Of a stretch of DNA of 64,000 bases, positions 1-9,373 are shown piece after piece. The first letter of the stretch is position 1; each line of letters begins with the position of its first letter. This DNA is from a virus: positions 1 to 64,000 of the IMG/VR virus record IMGVR_UViG_3300025133_000072, one strand, 5' to 3'. Under the pieces are notes generated by a model. That model did no database searches. It saw only the letters and a program-made list of their open reading frames with translations, and had not been told where the DNA came from. Made by a program: the position numbers and the translations under genes.

Positions 1-52
1 TGCAATTGCGAGATGTAATTGTCGCCGGGACATCTCGGATATAGGAGAAGAT

Positions 53-220
53 ATGAAAGCAATTGAAAAACTAAGAAAATCTAGAGCAAAGACTAACGAG
101 GGCAATTCGTTATCTGATGTCGATAAAAAAATAAAGGACTGGGATGCCAATGCCTTGGCGGGGTACGCCCGTAAAATAGGTATAGACGATGAGGTTGTCG
201 ATCCATTAGTTAAAAACTAG
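53..220 (+). CDS. small hypothetical protein (55 aa, MKAIEKLRKSRAKTNEG...)
   Basis: AGGAG Shine-Dalgarno, ATG at 53, open frame to TAG at 218-220; too short for the ORF track. Confidence 0.55.
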   Translation: MKAIEKLRKSRAKTNEGNSLSDVDKKIKDWDANALAGYARKIGIDDEVVDPLVKN

Positions 221-253
221 AAGAGGCTGATAGCCCTACTTGCTATATTTAAA
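212..253 (+). repeat. 42-bp direct repeat, copy 1
   Basis: AAAAACTAGAAGAGGCTGATAGCCCTACTTGCTATATTTAAA, identical to 564-605. Confidence 0.9.
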
Positions 254-268
254 TTACAGGAGCATAAA

Positions 269-550
269 ATGAAAACATTATGTGAACAATTGAATGAAAC
301 AATAGAAGCCAAAAAGCTAGAACGCATCAAGTCGGCTTGGGATTATGAACAAGACTTAAAAAAGTTAGCCAAAAGCATTCGAGAGGGCTTGGATGATATC
401 GAAGGAGTCTGGACGCATTTTGATGGTCAGTGGAACTCCGAAGATCGCAAAATGGCTAACGAGATATGCGATGAAACAATAGCTGAACTTAAAAAAGGGA
501 AAGCTTTGTTCAATGACGCTTGGATCAATACTGTCCCGGATGATGAATGA
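269..550 (+). CDS. hypothetical protein, possible internal head protein
   Basis: CAGGAG RBS; 93-aa helical ORF; N-terminal L-x-x-L-x-E-x-I-E pattern shared with other small ORFs. Confidence 0.7.
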   Translation: MKTLCEQLNETIEAKKLERIKSAWDYEQDLKKLAKSIREGLDDIEGVWTHFDGQWNSEDRKMANEICDETIAELKKGKALFNDAWINTVPDDE

Positions 551-563
551 AACCACAGAACCC

Positions 564-605
564 AAAAACTAGAAGAGGCTGATAGCCCTACTTGCTATAT
601 TTAAA
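564..605 (+). repeat. 42-bp direct repeat, copy 2; extends into a CCCTACTTG/CAAGTAGGG hairpin
   Basis: exact match to 212-253; downstream CAAGTAGGG is the reverse complement of CCCTACTTG. Confidence 0.9.
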
Positions 606-794
606 CAAGTAGGGGATGTTCGATCTGATATATCGGAGTCGATTGTTATCCTCAATAAAATAAAAGCAAGAGCTAAGGGATCTAATATGGACAAATCTGT
701 GTTGGATGATATGTTTTCTTTTTTAGAGAAAGCAGAAAATCAAGGAGAGACTTTCAAATCTCTTTTTCGAAAAGTCTACAAGACAAAATAATCT

Positions 795-1934
795 ATGGCT
801 GAACTTGTTCAACTTGATATCTTCGAGACATTTGAAAACGAGCCTTTGACGGTAATAATCAGCGAGTCTGTTACATTACTAGATATCAAAGCTCGTGGAG
901 TCTCCCTACACCTTAATAAGATATCCATCCCAGGATCTTTAGGGCAGGCTCTTCTAACTGAATTTGGATTAGTGGGATCTCCTGACGGAGCTTACGGAGC
1001 TAACCCTAACATCCTCAAAAAAGTCGAGATCACAAAGAACAGAGATACTTTTGCTGTTGTAAAAATCGAGGGGATTGAACTTACCAAAGATTTGAAAGTA
1101 GACGAGATCCCAGGAGAAATGTTGGGAGATGCTTTTGGTCTTCAGTTTCTGACGGTCAATATCAAAAAACTCTTTCCCGAAAGCCACTTACAATATCCTC
1201 TGAACAAAAAATTATTAGAGGTTTTTCAATATGTGGTAGAGGTCTGGGGAGAGGACAAACTCCAAAGCACCCTCAGATTTTACGACACTAGATCTAATCC
1301 TGACCTGGATAAGCTCCTGGTTCAATTCGGGGTCAAGGATATGGTCTACGAACTAGAGGACAATCCCGTAGCTTTTAATGCATCCATGCGAGGGATTATA
1401 TCTGTTATAGATTCCTTTTTTCAGATCAAAGGGACTATGAAAGCGGTTTGGTATTGCCTGTATAAAGGCGGGGCTCCTGTTAATCAAGTAGGAGAAACTC
1501 CTGTTACGGGTTTAGTTGAATGGTACGAACCTGCTTTTCTCCCATTAAAAGATGGGGATGTACTGAATGACCTAAGAGGGTGTGCTGATGTTCACCTTTA
1601 CCAAGATTCTCTTGATGTTTCAATAGTTTCGATTATTTCTAAATTCAATGCCCTTCATCCATATCTACTTCCTTGGTTTTTTCATATTTACAGATGGATT
1701 CTAAACAGTTCGTTTACGGATACGGCAGATTTGTCAGGTTCCTCGGATACATTTCGATTGTATAAGAAGTGCGGTGAATTCCTTTACGATAGTGTATATA
1801 AATATGGAGATCCGGTTACATATTCATCTTCAGCATGTCCTCCGATTGCTTACGATGATGAATATGCATACGATGATGAAGTAGCTTATACAGGTGCAGT
1901 AACAACAGCGGAGGAATTGGTGTTGACTATATGA
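795..1934 (+). CDS. putative baseplate wedge / tail protein
   Basis: 379 aa; sits upstream of tail-collar and fibre genes; C-terminal YD repeats (LYDSVYKYGD, AYDDEYAYDD); ATGA overlap with the next gene. Confidence 0.5.
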   Translation: MAELVQLDIFETFENEPLTVIISESVTLLDIKARGVSLHLNKISIPGSLGQALLTEFGLVGSPDGAYGANPNILKKVEITKNRDTFAVVKIEGIELTKDLKVDEIPGEMLGDAFGLQFLTVNIKKLFPESHLQYPLNKKLLEVFQYVVEVWGEDKLQSTLRFYDTRSNPDLDKLLVQFGVKDMVYELEDNPVAFNASMRGIISVIDSFFQIKGTMKAVWYCLYKGGAPVNQVGETPVTGLVEWYEPAFLPLKDGDVLNDLRGCADVHLYQDSLDVSIVSIISKFNALHPYLLPWFFHIYRWILNSSFTDTADLSGSSDTFRLYKKCGEFLYDSVYKYGDPVTYSSSACPPIAYDDEYAYDDEVAYTGAVTTAEELVLTI

Positions 1935-2398
1935 TTGATGTTGCTTCTTTTCCCAATGTTTCGGGGCATTTCAAGTTGTTTCAAACCAACATGAATTCCT
2001 CAGATATTCTTTGTGTGGATAAAAAAAATACAATCGTTAATGGATTCATGGAAGTAGCTGCTCGTACAATATGGTCTGGAGCACAACAAACAGGATACGG
2101 GATATCTCAGTTTGGTGTGGGGACAGGGAGCACAGCGACGAATGTAGCAGACACAAGTTTAGAGGCTTCTGTCTTAACAAAAACAGGAGATGGAGGAACT
2201 CAAATATCCCCCACTACATTCCGTATTAACGGAACTTTGTTAGCTGATGAAGCTAACGATGGAGATCCTACTCTAATTACCGAGATGGGTCTTTTTTCTG
2301 TGACTGGAACTATCATGGTAGCTCGTGTGGTTTTCGAAGCTCAGGATAAGAGTGCTGCCATAACTTTTCGGTTCGAATGGGATATTACTGTCACGTAG
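1931..2398 (+). CDS. baseplate / tail-collar fibre attachment protein
   Basis: KNTIVN...GVGTGSTA...DTSL...EAN...ITEMGLF...MVARVVF...K...FEWDIT pattern typical of the myovirus tail-collar domain. Confidence 0.7.
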   Translation: MIDVASFPNVSGHFKLFQTNMNSSDILCVDKKNTIVNGFMEVAARTIWSGAQQTGYGISQFGVGTGSTATNVADTSLEASVLTKTGDGGTQISPTTFRINGTLLADEANDGDPTLITEMGLFSVTGTIMVARVVFEAQDKSAAITFRFEWDITVT

Positions 2399-2407
2399 GA
2401 GTAGGAA

Positions 2408-3433
2408 ATGGCGTACAAGGATAAAGCTAATATTTCATGGATACGGAAAGATGCTGTTGCTGATCGTGTTGTTGGGTCTACAGACGCTCAACTAGGACAA
2501 GGATCAGGACTTACTCCAGATACTTCTACCAGTCCCCCTAACAGGTTAGCTGAGGAACTGTATGACAATATCGAGTCAGTTAAAGGTATAGCTGAAGCAG
2601 ATGGTACGTTTAAGTCGTTAACTGATACTCCAGCCTCTGTACCTGACGGACAATTCCTCTTAGGTAACGCATCTAATGCGTTAGTATTCTCAGGGGCTCC
2701 AGGAACTGCATTCAATAAAGCCTTCACTACTTCAGGTGGGGATAATGGAACGTCTACTGACGTAGCTCGTGGTAATCACAAACATGACAGTCTGTATTAT
2801 ACGGAGTCTGAAGTAGACAATTTACTGGCAGGTGTTGGATGTTTGAATCTAGGAAACGTGTATGAGAAAACCTTATCTGGATCAGGTCGTGATGCTAATC
2901 CTAACTCTGGGACGCACTTAACTTCTGACATACTTAAGGTAGGATCAAATTTAGGATCAGTAGGATCTATAAGTCCAGCTTTTAGTCTCAGAATTAAAAT
3001 GATACATACTGTTATTGCTAATTTAGTAGGATCTGGTACTGGTACGTATTTCTCGTCTACACGAGCTGACTACCTTATAACGCTCTATGCAAGATGGTTC
3101 TCCACTACTCAGTATCACTGGGCTATGCACACGTCAGTCCTTGAGTATACATCAAGTAGTGGCTACGCAGGGGCTGGAGTCGTGCCTATGACTACATTAG
3201 TATATGCAGTACAGAAGATTACTGGTACTCGAAGTCTCACTTCATATAGTGGACTTACTGGTGAGGACGCCTATGCTCTGTTCCCTTTTAATGATATTGA
3301 CTACTTCATAGTTGAGTTTAACGGAAAAGGAGGGGAGCCAGGATCATCTACTATCGTTGATAGAGAATTTGCTAAAATTAAAATAGAGGTCTTTCAGGAT
3401 TTCGACGATCCACAACCTATTACAGTATTATAA
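2408..3433 (+). CDS. tail fibre protein, paralog A
   Basis: Gly/Ser/Thr-rich; VARGNHKHDSLYYTESEVDNLL fibre motif; N-terminal ~140 aa homologous to 5477..6487. Confidence 0.75.
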   Translation: MAYKDKANISWIRKDAVADRVVGSTDAQLGQGSGLTPDTSTSPPNRLAEELYDNIESVKGIAEADGTFKSLTDTPASVPDGQFLLGNASNALVFSGAPGTAFNKAFTTSGGDNGTSTDVARGNHKHDSLYYTESEVDNLLAGVGCLNLGNVYEKTLSGSGRDANPNSGTHLTSDILKVGSNLGSVGSISPAFSLRIKMIHTVIANLVGSGTGTYFSSTRADYLITLYARWFSTTQYHWAMHTSVLEYTSSSGYAGAGVVPMTTLVYAVQKITGTRSLTSYSGLTGEDAYALFPFNDIDYFIVEFNGKGGEPGSSTIVDREFAKIKIEVFQDFDDPQPITVL

Positions 3434-3436
3434 ACT

Positions 3437-3499
3437 ATGGCTTATAAAACAAAATCACAAATATCATGGTTAAGAGCAGTGGCTCTGAGTCCTCAATAA
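3437..3499 (+). pseudogene. truncated remnant of a third tail fibre paralog (MAYKTKSQISWLRAVALSPQ*)
   Basis: first 13 codons match MAYKDKANISWIR (2408) and resemble MAFKEKTAVRWV (5477); similarity then ends and the frame stops. Confidence 0.7.
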
Positions 3500-3613
3500 A
3501 AGGAATGACAGATACCGAAATTATCGGATCATTAAGACATGTGAGTAAACATATAAAATGAAATCATGAATGATGTAGCACTTGATATAGATGAACTATG
3601 GGAGGAGGAGGCA

Positions 3614-4486
3614 ATGGCGTCTCCCACGCAGAAGAAAATAGGAATTATCGACGACAATGAAGGGGAGATTCGTTTACTGAAAGACACTCTTCAAGAAATA
3701 TCCCTTCTAGATCTTCGGTTCGTTCCTTTCACAGACCCGCACAAAGCTATCAAACATATTGATGAGAAGAATGGGTATGATCTAATCTACATTGATTACA
3801 ATCTAAACAGTACCATGAATGGGCTGGATGTTTTCCACAAGCTCCGGGAGATCAACATTGCTTGCCCTATTGTCATTCTCTCTATTTCGGAGGATGTCAT
3901 CAACAAATTAAAAGGACTCAAAGGAGTCCGGGCAATTTCTAAAATCGATTATACTGATGACTGCCACAAAACCCGACTGTGTGAAATGACAGAGGGACTC
4001 ATTGAAAAATACGATATAACAACAGGTATTTCCTGTGTCCGTCACTCAGTAGACAAACTTGAGCTTTTCCAGGGCGTTCTAAAACATGATCTGGATAAGT
4101 TAAAAACTATTCTGGAAGGTATAACGAATTCAATGCTGACCAAGGGAGATTTAGTTTCGATCACTCAAGCTATTTCAGAAAGAGTTCGTAAAGATTTCTC
4201 TGCAATGGGGGATGGGGATACAGATTTAACAACGATGATTAAAAACCAAAAAAGGCCCCCTGCTCAATTACTCAGAATGGGGCTTCAGATCTGGAAAGAA
4301 GATCCTACTTGGGGAATCTTTGCTAAGATCTTAGAAAAGGTTTTTAGTATCGGAATAAAGATGTTCGTCTTGATTGTTGTTCTTTTAGGGCTTTTGATCG
4401 TCCTGGTTACTCAGCGTCCTAATCTTGGCAAAATGGCTGAGTCTTTGACCTCAGTGACCGCAACACAGGTAAAACCCAGCCGTTAA
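3614..4486 (+). CDS. response-regulator receiver (REC) domain + helical linker + C-terminal transmembrane helix
   Basis: IGIIDD, YDLIYIDYNL..MNGLDV, PIVILS and ISK match the REC signature; TM segment MFVLIVVLLGLLIVLV; strong GGAGGAGG RBS favours the ATG at 3614 over 3566. Confidence 0.8.
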   Translation: MASPTQKKIGIIDDNEGEIRLLKDTLQEISLLDLRFVPFTDPHKAIKHIDEKNGYDLIYIDYNLNSTMNGLDVFHKLREINIACPIVILSISEDVINKLKGLKGVRAISKIDYTDDCHKTRLCEMTEGLIEKYDITTGISCVRHSVDKLELFQGVLKHDLDKLKTILEGITNSMLTKGDLVSITQAISERVRKDFSAMGDGDTDLTTMIKNQKRPPAQLLRMGLQIWKEDPTWGIFAKILEKVFSIGIKMFVLIVVLLGLLIVLVTQRPNLGKMAESLTSVTATQVKPSR

Positions 4487-4529
4487 GTTGTGGTAGAATA
4501 AACAGGAAGGCAGCAGAAGAGGAATATCT

Positions 4530-4883
4530 ATGTCCATACTATCCGATCTGCAACAAGCCCTTTTAGAAGATGCTCCTGGTTTTGAAGACATTTCTGAACC
4601 CGCTATAAGAAAGTGGATGCAGTCTTTCTACAAGATCTTAGCTCCTGCTGGATTCCGTCCTCATGATTTTGTTTATAATGACAAAAACATCCCTTATGTG
4701 GAGGCTACGATTGTTGGAGAACCTTCGGTCAAAGTGAAGATCTCTTTTAATCCCTCAACTACAAATACCACAATTGAGTACAAGATTGAGAATACAAGCA
4801 GGCATAAACAATCCAAGAACACGGATGTCGTGAAGGTTCTCAAGGCCATAACACTATTCAAAAAAACCATAGAAAGCATTTAG
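4530..4883 (+). CDS. hypothetical protein, possible internal head protein
   Basis: GAGGA RBS; own extended -10 (TGGTAGAAT at 4491); N-terminus MSILSDLQQALLE. Confidence 0.7.
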   Translation: MSILSDLQQALLEDAPGFEDISEPAIRKWMQSFYKILAPAGFRPHDFVYNDKNIPYVEATIVGEPSVKVKISFNPSTTNTTIEYKIENTSRHKQSKNTDVVKVLKAITLFKKTIESI

Positions 4884-4947
4884 ATTCTTATAGATTGAGA
4901 GTCTTCGTGTTATCATTAAATTGAGGCAGCTTGATTTAGGATAAATC

Positions 4948-5469
4948 ATGCTTATCGTGCAAAAACTTCAAGAGGCTCTCAAAGAGGCTCGTAGAGTTCA
5001 GAGAATGAGCGGGGGCGGAGTCCCCGGCGTTATGGTTCCAACAGAGGAGCCCAGACTCTACTCTAATTCTGAAAGACGCAGACTTAATCGATCTCCCCTT
5101 AAATTAGCTTTGGCTGAAGCTCCTTGGTTAGATGATTTCATTTCTCCTTTTAAAAAGAAGCTTCGCTGGAAAGATCCTTTAGTCTCCATGGAAGTGAAAT
5201 TAGATGTGGACGACCGCATTTTAGGAACAGGGGAACTTTCCATAATCTTCGAAGAGAAAGAAAGAACCATTGAAATCTCCATGAATCTATTTGACATAGA
5301 ACTCACTTATGGAGAAGAAGAAATCGAAGATATGGGCCGGGAACGCTCTGCGTTTCTCCGGGTGGAAAACAGCAAGGGCTTTGTTATTTTTGACAAGGAC
5401 ATAGGCCCGATTCACATGCCCCTTCTTTTATACAAAAAAGTCTTGGACGGGCTCAACCAAATCAAGTAG
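4948..5469 (+). CDS. hypothetical protein, possible internal head protein
   Basis: AGGA RBS; upstream TTGAGA...TGTTATCAT promoter-like sequence; N-terminus MLIVQKLQEALKE. Confidence 0.7.
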   Translation: MLIVQKLQEALKEARRVQRMSGGGVPGVMVPTEEPRLYSNSERRRLNRSPLKLALAEAPWLDDFISPFKKKLRWKDPLVSMEVKLDVDDRILGTGELSIIFEEKERTIEISMNLFDIELTYGEEEIEDMGRERSAFLRVENSKGFVIFDKDIGPIHMPLLLYKKVLDGLNQIK

Positions 5470-5476
5470 GAACTAA

Positions 5477-6487
5477 ATGGCTTTCAAAGAAAAAACAGCA
5501 GTTCGTTGGGTAGTCGATGGAGCGCCTGTACAGGGGTCTACAGTAGCAAACGATCCAGATTCCGCTAATTCTCCTGTTGGAGCTATGGGAGAGGATCTCT
5601 TTGAAAATACCAAAGCGAACAAAGACGAGATCTCTATTATCCAAGGCAGTCAAGTTTCTACTTGGGAGGGACTGATTGGTACTTCAGGAACTATTTCAGA
5701 CAATCAAGTTCCTGTTTCTTCTGGGAATGCTCTGGTTCTCACAGGAACTGGAACAGCTTTTAATAAGAATTTTGGAACTGGGTCTGGTGATGTGGCAGAG
5801 GGCGATTCTGTCTATACTCAGACGGAAGTAGATAATTTAATTTCCGGTGTAGGTACGGGATTTCCTGTAGATAATGTCTCTAGGGCCACATCTAACATTC
5901 AGAGCAGATTTATAAAAACGAGCGAGACAAATATAGAAATACCATTATTGACTATGACTTTAGCAGATGACTCTTCGGATTATTCAGAATATGGGCTTAG
6001 GTATTCTGTTATTCAAATTGTTCATCCGACGCAAGGAGCTGTATATAATGGTGGTCAATATTCTTTGTCGGTTGCATGGTCATTTCAATATATTGTGGTT
6101 CCTCAAAAGAGATATTCCAATGTGGTTGCTGATGGTACAGTACGATATACTATACTGCTAGAATATATGGCAGGAAGAGGTGAAACGGCCTTTAATGCGG
6201 GCGGAGACATTATTTTATACAATTCTTCTGGGGGGGCAATATGCAACATGAAAACGGTAAGCTCTGCGTTTGTTTTAGATATTGATGAAACTTACACCAT
6301 GAAGATGGGAACATCAATTCAATCAAATAGTTACGGTGGTTTTGCATCCACAACTTCAGTCACACAGTTATTAATTGCAGTAAGTTCATTTAAAATTACT
6401 TCTGGCAATACCTTGACGACAAATGTAGAAGAATTTTTAAGCAATGATATGAGTATCTTTCCCTTTAATTTGGTATGGTTAATATAA
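5477..6487 (+). CDS. tail fibre protein, paralog B
   Basis: shares NALV...GTAFNK.F...DVA.G...YT..EVDNL..GVG with 2408..3433; C-terminal half is unrelated. Confidence 0.75.
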   Translation: MAFKEKTAVRWVVDGAPVQGSTVANDPDSANSPVGAMGEDLFENTKANKDEISIIQGSQVSTWEGLIGTSGTISDNQVPVSSGNALVLTGTGTAFNKNFGTGSGDVAEGDSVYTQTEVDNLISGVGTGFPVDNVSRATSNIQSRFIKTSETNIEIPLLTMTLADDSSDYSEYGLRYSVIQIVHPTQGAVYNGGQYSLSVAWSFQYIVVPQKRYSNVVADGTVRYTILLEYMAGRGETAFNAGGDIILYNSSGGAICNMKTVSSAFVLDIDETYTMKMGTSIQSNSYGGFASTTSVTQLLIAVSSFKITSGNTLTTNVEEFLSNDMSIFPFNLVWLI

Positions 6488-6984
6488 TGATAAGATGTTT
6501 TAAAATAGACAAGGAAAATAAAAATATAATTGCTAATGTAGAGGTAGAAAAAAACTCTATAGATTATGTTGAGTTTGTTCCGTTAAATGAATTTCCATAT
6601 CCATTAAATATAAACAAGCCTATATGGGATTCAAAAAATAAACGATGGAAAGAATCTGCTAAAAAGGCTGATATAGAGACCGCCAACAAATACAATTTAA
6701 TTGTTCTTCGAGAAGAAAAAATAAACCAGGCTAAACAAATATGCAAACAACAATGTTTAGAATTAGCAGACGAATATAAACAAATGAACCTTATAAGAGA
6801 AGGCGATACAGAAAATCCTATTTTTATAAAAATAGATACCATAAGAAAATTATCTAATAAATTAGAAGAAAAAATCTTAAAAATTAAAACAATAAAAGAA
6901 ATGAAGGAGCTAAACATTCCTTTGGAATTTTTTTCACCGGATGACATTGGAATATTAGGAGGAGTCACCAATGGCACTACCTAA
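6475..6984 (+). CDS. putative tail fibre assembly chaperone
   Basis: follows a fibre gene; KPIWD...W.E and LREEKI..AK..C...KQMN pattern; AT-rich; start may be at 6487. Confidence 0.6.
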   Translation: MVNIMIRCFKIDKENKNIIANVEVEKNSIDYVEFVPLNEFPYPLNINKPIWDSKNKRWKESAKKADIETANKYNLIVLREEKINQAKQICKQQCLELADEYKQMNLIREGDTENPIFIKIDTIRKLSNKLEEKILKIKTIKEMKELNIPLEFFSPDDIGILGGVTNGTT

Positions 6985-7344
6985 TGCAACATTAACATGG
7001 ATAATAACACAACCCCTCCCGGTGGCACCCTTGATGAGGGGGAGCCATTTCCAATAGATCTTGGTTCCGTACCTGTGGGAAGTTCCATTTATCTGACGAT
7101 TCATATAAACGTGAACACTGAGGCACTTTCTATTCACAATAGGGACGATTTTTCTATACGACACGGACGGGCCAGAAACCCTCAACCAGGATTTGATAGA
7201 TGCTATGGAATAGATTGTGGTTTCTCGTCAGTCTTTTAGAGAATATTGGAAGTACAAGTCTTCTGAGGATGATGGTGTTTTGAATTGGCTATTAGGACTC
7301 TCTGCTGGATTGATTGCTTTGACCGGGTATGTAGTTTTAATGTG
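6971..7344 (+). pseudogene. frameshifted or degraded hypothetical gene(s)
   Basis: GGAG RBS then MALPNATLTW, which continues plausibly in another frame (DNNTTPPGGTLDEGEPFPIDLGSVP...); further fragments downstream. Confidence 0.4.
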
Positions 7345-7357
7345 ATACAATATCCTT

Positions 7358-8079
7358 ATGCCTCTCGGAGATAAAACAGACCAGATCCAAACCCTCATTG
7401 ATGGAATCCGAACAACGCATTCCGGTTATCTAACAGGACTTCCAGAACCTCCTGAAAAGGATTTCCTAGATAATCTTGAGACAGAAAAGGGATCTATTAA
7501 AACCACGGGTGAGGCTTTTATAACTGATGAGGCGGTCAATGCTCAGGCTCGAATGATTTCTAAGCTTACAGCTACTGATCGGATCATAGCTAAAGAAGGG
7601 ATCGCAGATACATCCTGCGCTAAATACAATCTCTTGAACCTGATCGATTCAGGGGCTTTTTTGGACAATATCATATCAACCTTAACAGGGATCGTTACCC
7701 AACAGGATTTGATAGATAATATTGAAAGCATCTTAGATGAGGCTCTGGAAAAACGAGGGAAAATTGATGAGGCTCAGACAGCTATCAACAACACCAAAAC
7801 CCTTTTGGACGATGCTACCAGTGTTCTGATGAATGCAGCCCTTGGCTCTGCTTTTGATCCTGCTTTAGTAAGCTGTCTGTCCAATTTCTTTCCGACCCTA
7901 TCTGCACAAAACCCTACCTTCCATTCATCTATGAACAATGCAAAGACCCTTCAGGATGAAGGGAAGACCTCTTCTGAGATTTTTGACAGCTTGATTACTT
8001 CGGGAAAAACCAGTAATAATATAGACACACGTCAAACAGATGTGGTGGATACGCTAAATACTTTAGCAGCTTCTTTCTA
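7358..8079 (+). CDS. hypothetical helical virion protein
   Basis: 240 aa; TGTGATACAAT extended -10 upstream; abuts the PAAR-like gene. Confidence 0.65.
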
Positions 8080-8376
8080 ATGCCAAAAATAGCTCATCTA
8101 AATGCAATCTGGGCCGGGGTCTGTGTGTGCCACAATCCCCCCATTCCTATGAGTGGCCCTATCATCACAGCTTCAACTGACTCCACTGTGAATAATCAGG
8201 GCATAGCTACAGTCTTTGACACTGTATCCGGAGGCTGTGGACACACAGGAATGATCATAACCGGATCTCTCGACATAGAGGTAAATGATAAATCAGTCGC
8301 TCTTGTCGGGGATGTAGTGACCGGATGTTGTCAAGGCACAATAGTTACAGGAAGTAATGACTCAGAGGGAAATTGA
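8080..8376 (+). CDS. PAAR-like baseplate spike-tip protein
   Basis: 98 aa; CxCH, repeated G.IITGS..V.VN...A.VGD.V, CGH metal ligands. Confidence 0.85.
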   Translation: MPKIAHLNAIWAGVCVCHNPPIPMSGPIITASTDSTVNNQGIATVFDTVSGGCGHTGMIITGSLDIEVNDKSVALVGDVVTGCCQGTIVTGSNDSEGN

Positions 8377-8452
8377 TTTCTGTAACTCTTTTCCGGATCT
8401 GTGTTACAATCTAAGTAGGCAGCGAGATAAACCGTACTAGCGGGGAATTTCG

Positions 8453-9304
8453 ATGCCTGATAAAAAACCTTTAGTTCTAGGCCCTGACGGGATAGAACAA
8501 CTCCAAAGCGGAGACGCCCTTTCTACAGGGACTTCTCCATACCTTTCCCAAGCGGATATCGTTAACAATCTGACAACGAATGATCCTCTCAAGCCTTTGT
8601 CGGCTGCTCAGGGAAAGCTCTTATTTGACACAGCAGAACAACTCGACTTTGAAAAAGTGGCTGACGAAGATGCCATGATCGTGGATGCTGCTGCTGTTTC
8701 AGACTCTACAAACAAGAGATATATCGTTTCCTCTAATTCAACTCAGAATGGAAACACCACAACATATCTCTGTACAGCAAATGTAGATCCTGGGGAAACT
8801 CTCTTCTCAAACAATACAGCCAAGTTCAATCTTCTCCAGACTCTGGATGTCCAGATATTGGAAACTGAGCTTTCTGCTGTTTTGACTTCGACTGCTACTA
8901 ATATCGCTTTGAATCTCTTGGGAGCAAAGACTCTCCAGGATCAGATCGATTCTATTGTAGGAGGCGGAGCAGGTGTAACCCCTAGAACAGAGCATATCGA
9001 AATCACTCAAGATGTATTAGATGACGGATATTTTCTTGTTGATTATATCCCTGTCAATTACCAGCATCCTTTGATATTTATGGATCAGGGGAGTGCTCAA
9101 ACAGGTAAAGATCAAGTTTCAGTAAAATCAGGAAGTCCTTCGATAGATTTCCAATTTGACTCTGTTGTGAAAAGGCGGTGTTACATTATGAATAAATCGG
9201 CTGATCATGACGGGAATAGCACTGTAGAACATTCAGGACTATCAGAATCATTTGTAGTAAATCAAGTCTTGTTAGTGTTCTTCATGCACACGGGACAGCA
9301 ATAA
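8453..9304 (+). CDS. fibre-like virion protein
   Basis: IVNNLTT.D..KPLSAAQGK.L fibre repeat (second degenerate copy ALNLLGAKTLQDQI); C-terminal domain shared with 9374..11041. Confidence 0.65.
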   Translation: MPDKKPLVLGPDGIEQLQSGDALSTGTSPYLSQADIVNNLTTNDPLKPLSAAQGKLLFDTAEQLDFEKVADEDAMIVDAAAVSDSTNKRYIVSSNSTQNGNTTTYLCTANVDPGETLFSNNTAKFNLLQTLDVQILETELSAVLTSTATNIALNLLGAKTLQDQIDSIVGGGAGVTPRTEHIEITQDVLDDGYFLVDYIPVNYQHPLIFMDQGSAQTGKDQVSVKSGSPSIDFQFDSVVKRRCYIMNKSADHDGNSTVEHSGLSESFVVNQVLLVFFMHTGQQ

Positions 9305-9373
9305 CCAGCAGTACCTTCTCTGGTTCAATTAGTAACCAACCGGGCAGTGTAATATACAAAGGAGGAATCGCTA

